From assembly GCA_910578235.1 (NCBI GenBank), contig CAJTPP010000001.1, forward strand, positions 68,974-85,279: a stretch of DNA of 16,306 nt, read 5' to 3'. Positions 16,087 through 16,306 of the stretch are shown piece after piece (the stretch's first letter is position 1; each line of letters opens with the position of its first letter). The notes below the pieces were generated by a model, which saw only the letters and a program-made list of their open reading frames with translations, was not told the origin of the DNA and did no database searches. Source of the DNA: an uncultured Clostridia bacterium (lineage in GTDB: Bacteria > Bacillota > Clostridia > UBA1381). The position numbers and the translations under genes were made by a program.

Positions 16087-16306
16087 ATGAAAGTAAAATA
16101 TATTGACAATAATCTTATTGTCACAGGACTTAAAGATTTTAATTTAAAACACATATTTGACTGCGGGCAGTGCTTTCGTTTTAATCCTATTGATGAAAGC
16201 GCTTATTTTGGTATTGCAAAAGGTAAAGCATTAAAAATATCTCAAATTGATAACGTTGTCACTTTGTATAACACTACAGAACAAGACTGGAACGATATAT
16301 GGTTTG
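16087..16306 (+). CDS. ogg: 8-oxoguanine DNA glycosylase (Ogg/AlkA N-terminal-domain type), 3'-truncated by the window edge
   Basis: The open frame is (MP)MKVKYIDNNLIVTGLKDFNLKHIFDCGQCFRFNPIDESAYFGIAKGKALKISQ..TTEQDWNDIWF and has no stop before the window end. The F(D/E)CGQCFR(W/F) box and the overall N-terminus resemble the clostridial Ogg N-terminal domain. An in-frame ATG at 16081 abuts the -10 box, so 16087 is preferred. This ORF is not in the supplied ORF track. Confidence 0.75.
   Translation, partial: MKVKYIDNNLIVTGLKDFNLKHIFDCGQCFRFNPIDESAYFGIAKGKALKISQIDNVVTLYNTTEQDWNDIWF

Noticed and set aside
1-16306. I looked for CRISPR repeats, tRNA/rRNA genes, transposases or integrases, IS-type terminal inverted repeats, riboswitch- or T-box-like leaders, and long direct nucleotide repeats.
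   Set aside because: None was seen by eye. All intergenic regions are short (6-244 nt) and are accounted for by promoters, terminators or the small repeats reported above. A covariance-model scan (Rfam, tRNAscan) would be the definitive check.

Overview
This 16.3-kb chromosomal segment looks like a low-GC Firmicute of the Clostridia type: AT-rich intergenic regions, GGAGG-type Shine-Dalgarno sites, TTGACA/TATAAT promoters and a SpoIVFB-like protease. Ten protein-coding genes fill nearly all of it. On the plus strand are (1) the 3' 3.6 kb of a very large secreted multidomain protein ending in an SGNH/GDSL esterase domain, whose start lies upstream of the window, (2) a neurotransmitter:sodium symporter (NSS/SNF) family transporter with a textbook promoter and terminator, and (3) the first ~73 codons of an Ogg-type 8-oxoguanine DNA glycosylase at the right edge. 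On the minus strand, read right to left, are an M18 aminopeptidase and terminator, a SpoIVFB-like M50 site-2 protease, a very compact ftsK/spoIIIE - ygiQ-family radical SAM - folD - GNAT acetyltransferase block (junctions -20, -122 and +6 nt), and then a separately promoted secreted CHAP + BspA-type leucine-rich-repeat protein. I saw no rRNA/tRNA genes, CRISPR array, transposase/integrase or long nucleotide repeats. I cannot identify a convincing complete novel multi-gene system. The best leads are the 122-nt dual-coding ygiQ/folD overlap, the stand-alone CHAP-LRR secreted protein with an unassigned C-terminal module, the apparently leaderless ogg gene, and the unusual architecture of the giant esterase. 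All family assignments come from motif recognition by eye. No database search was run.
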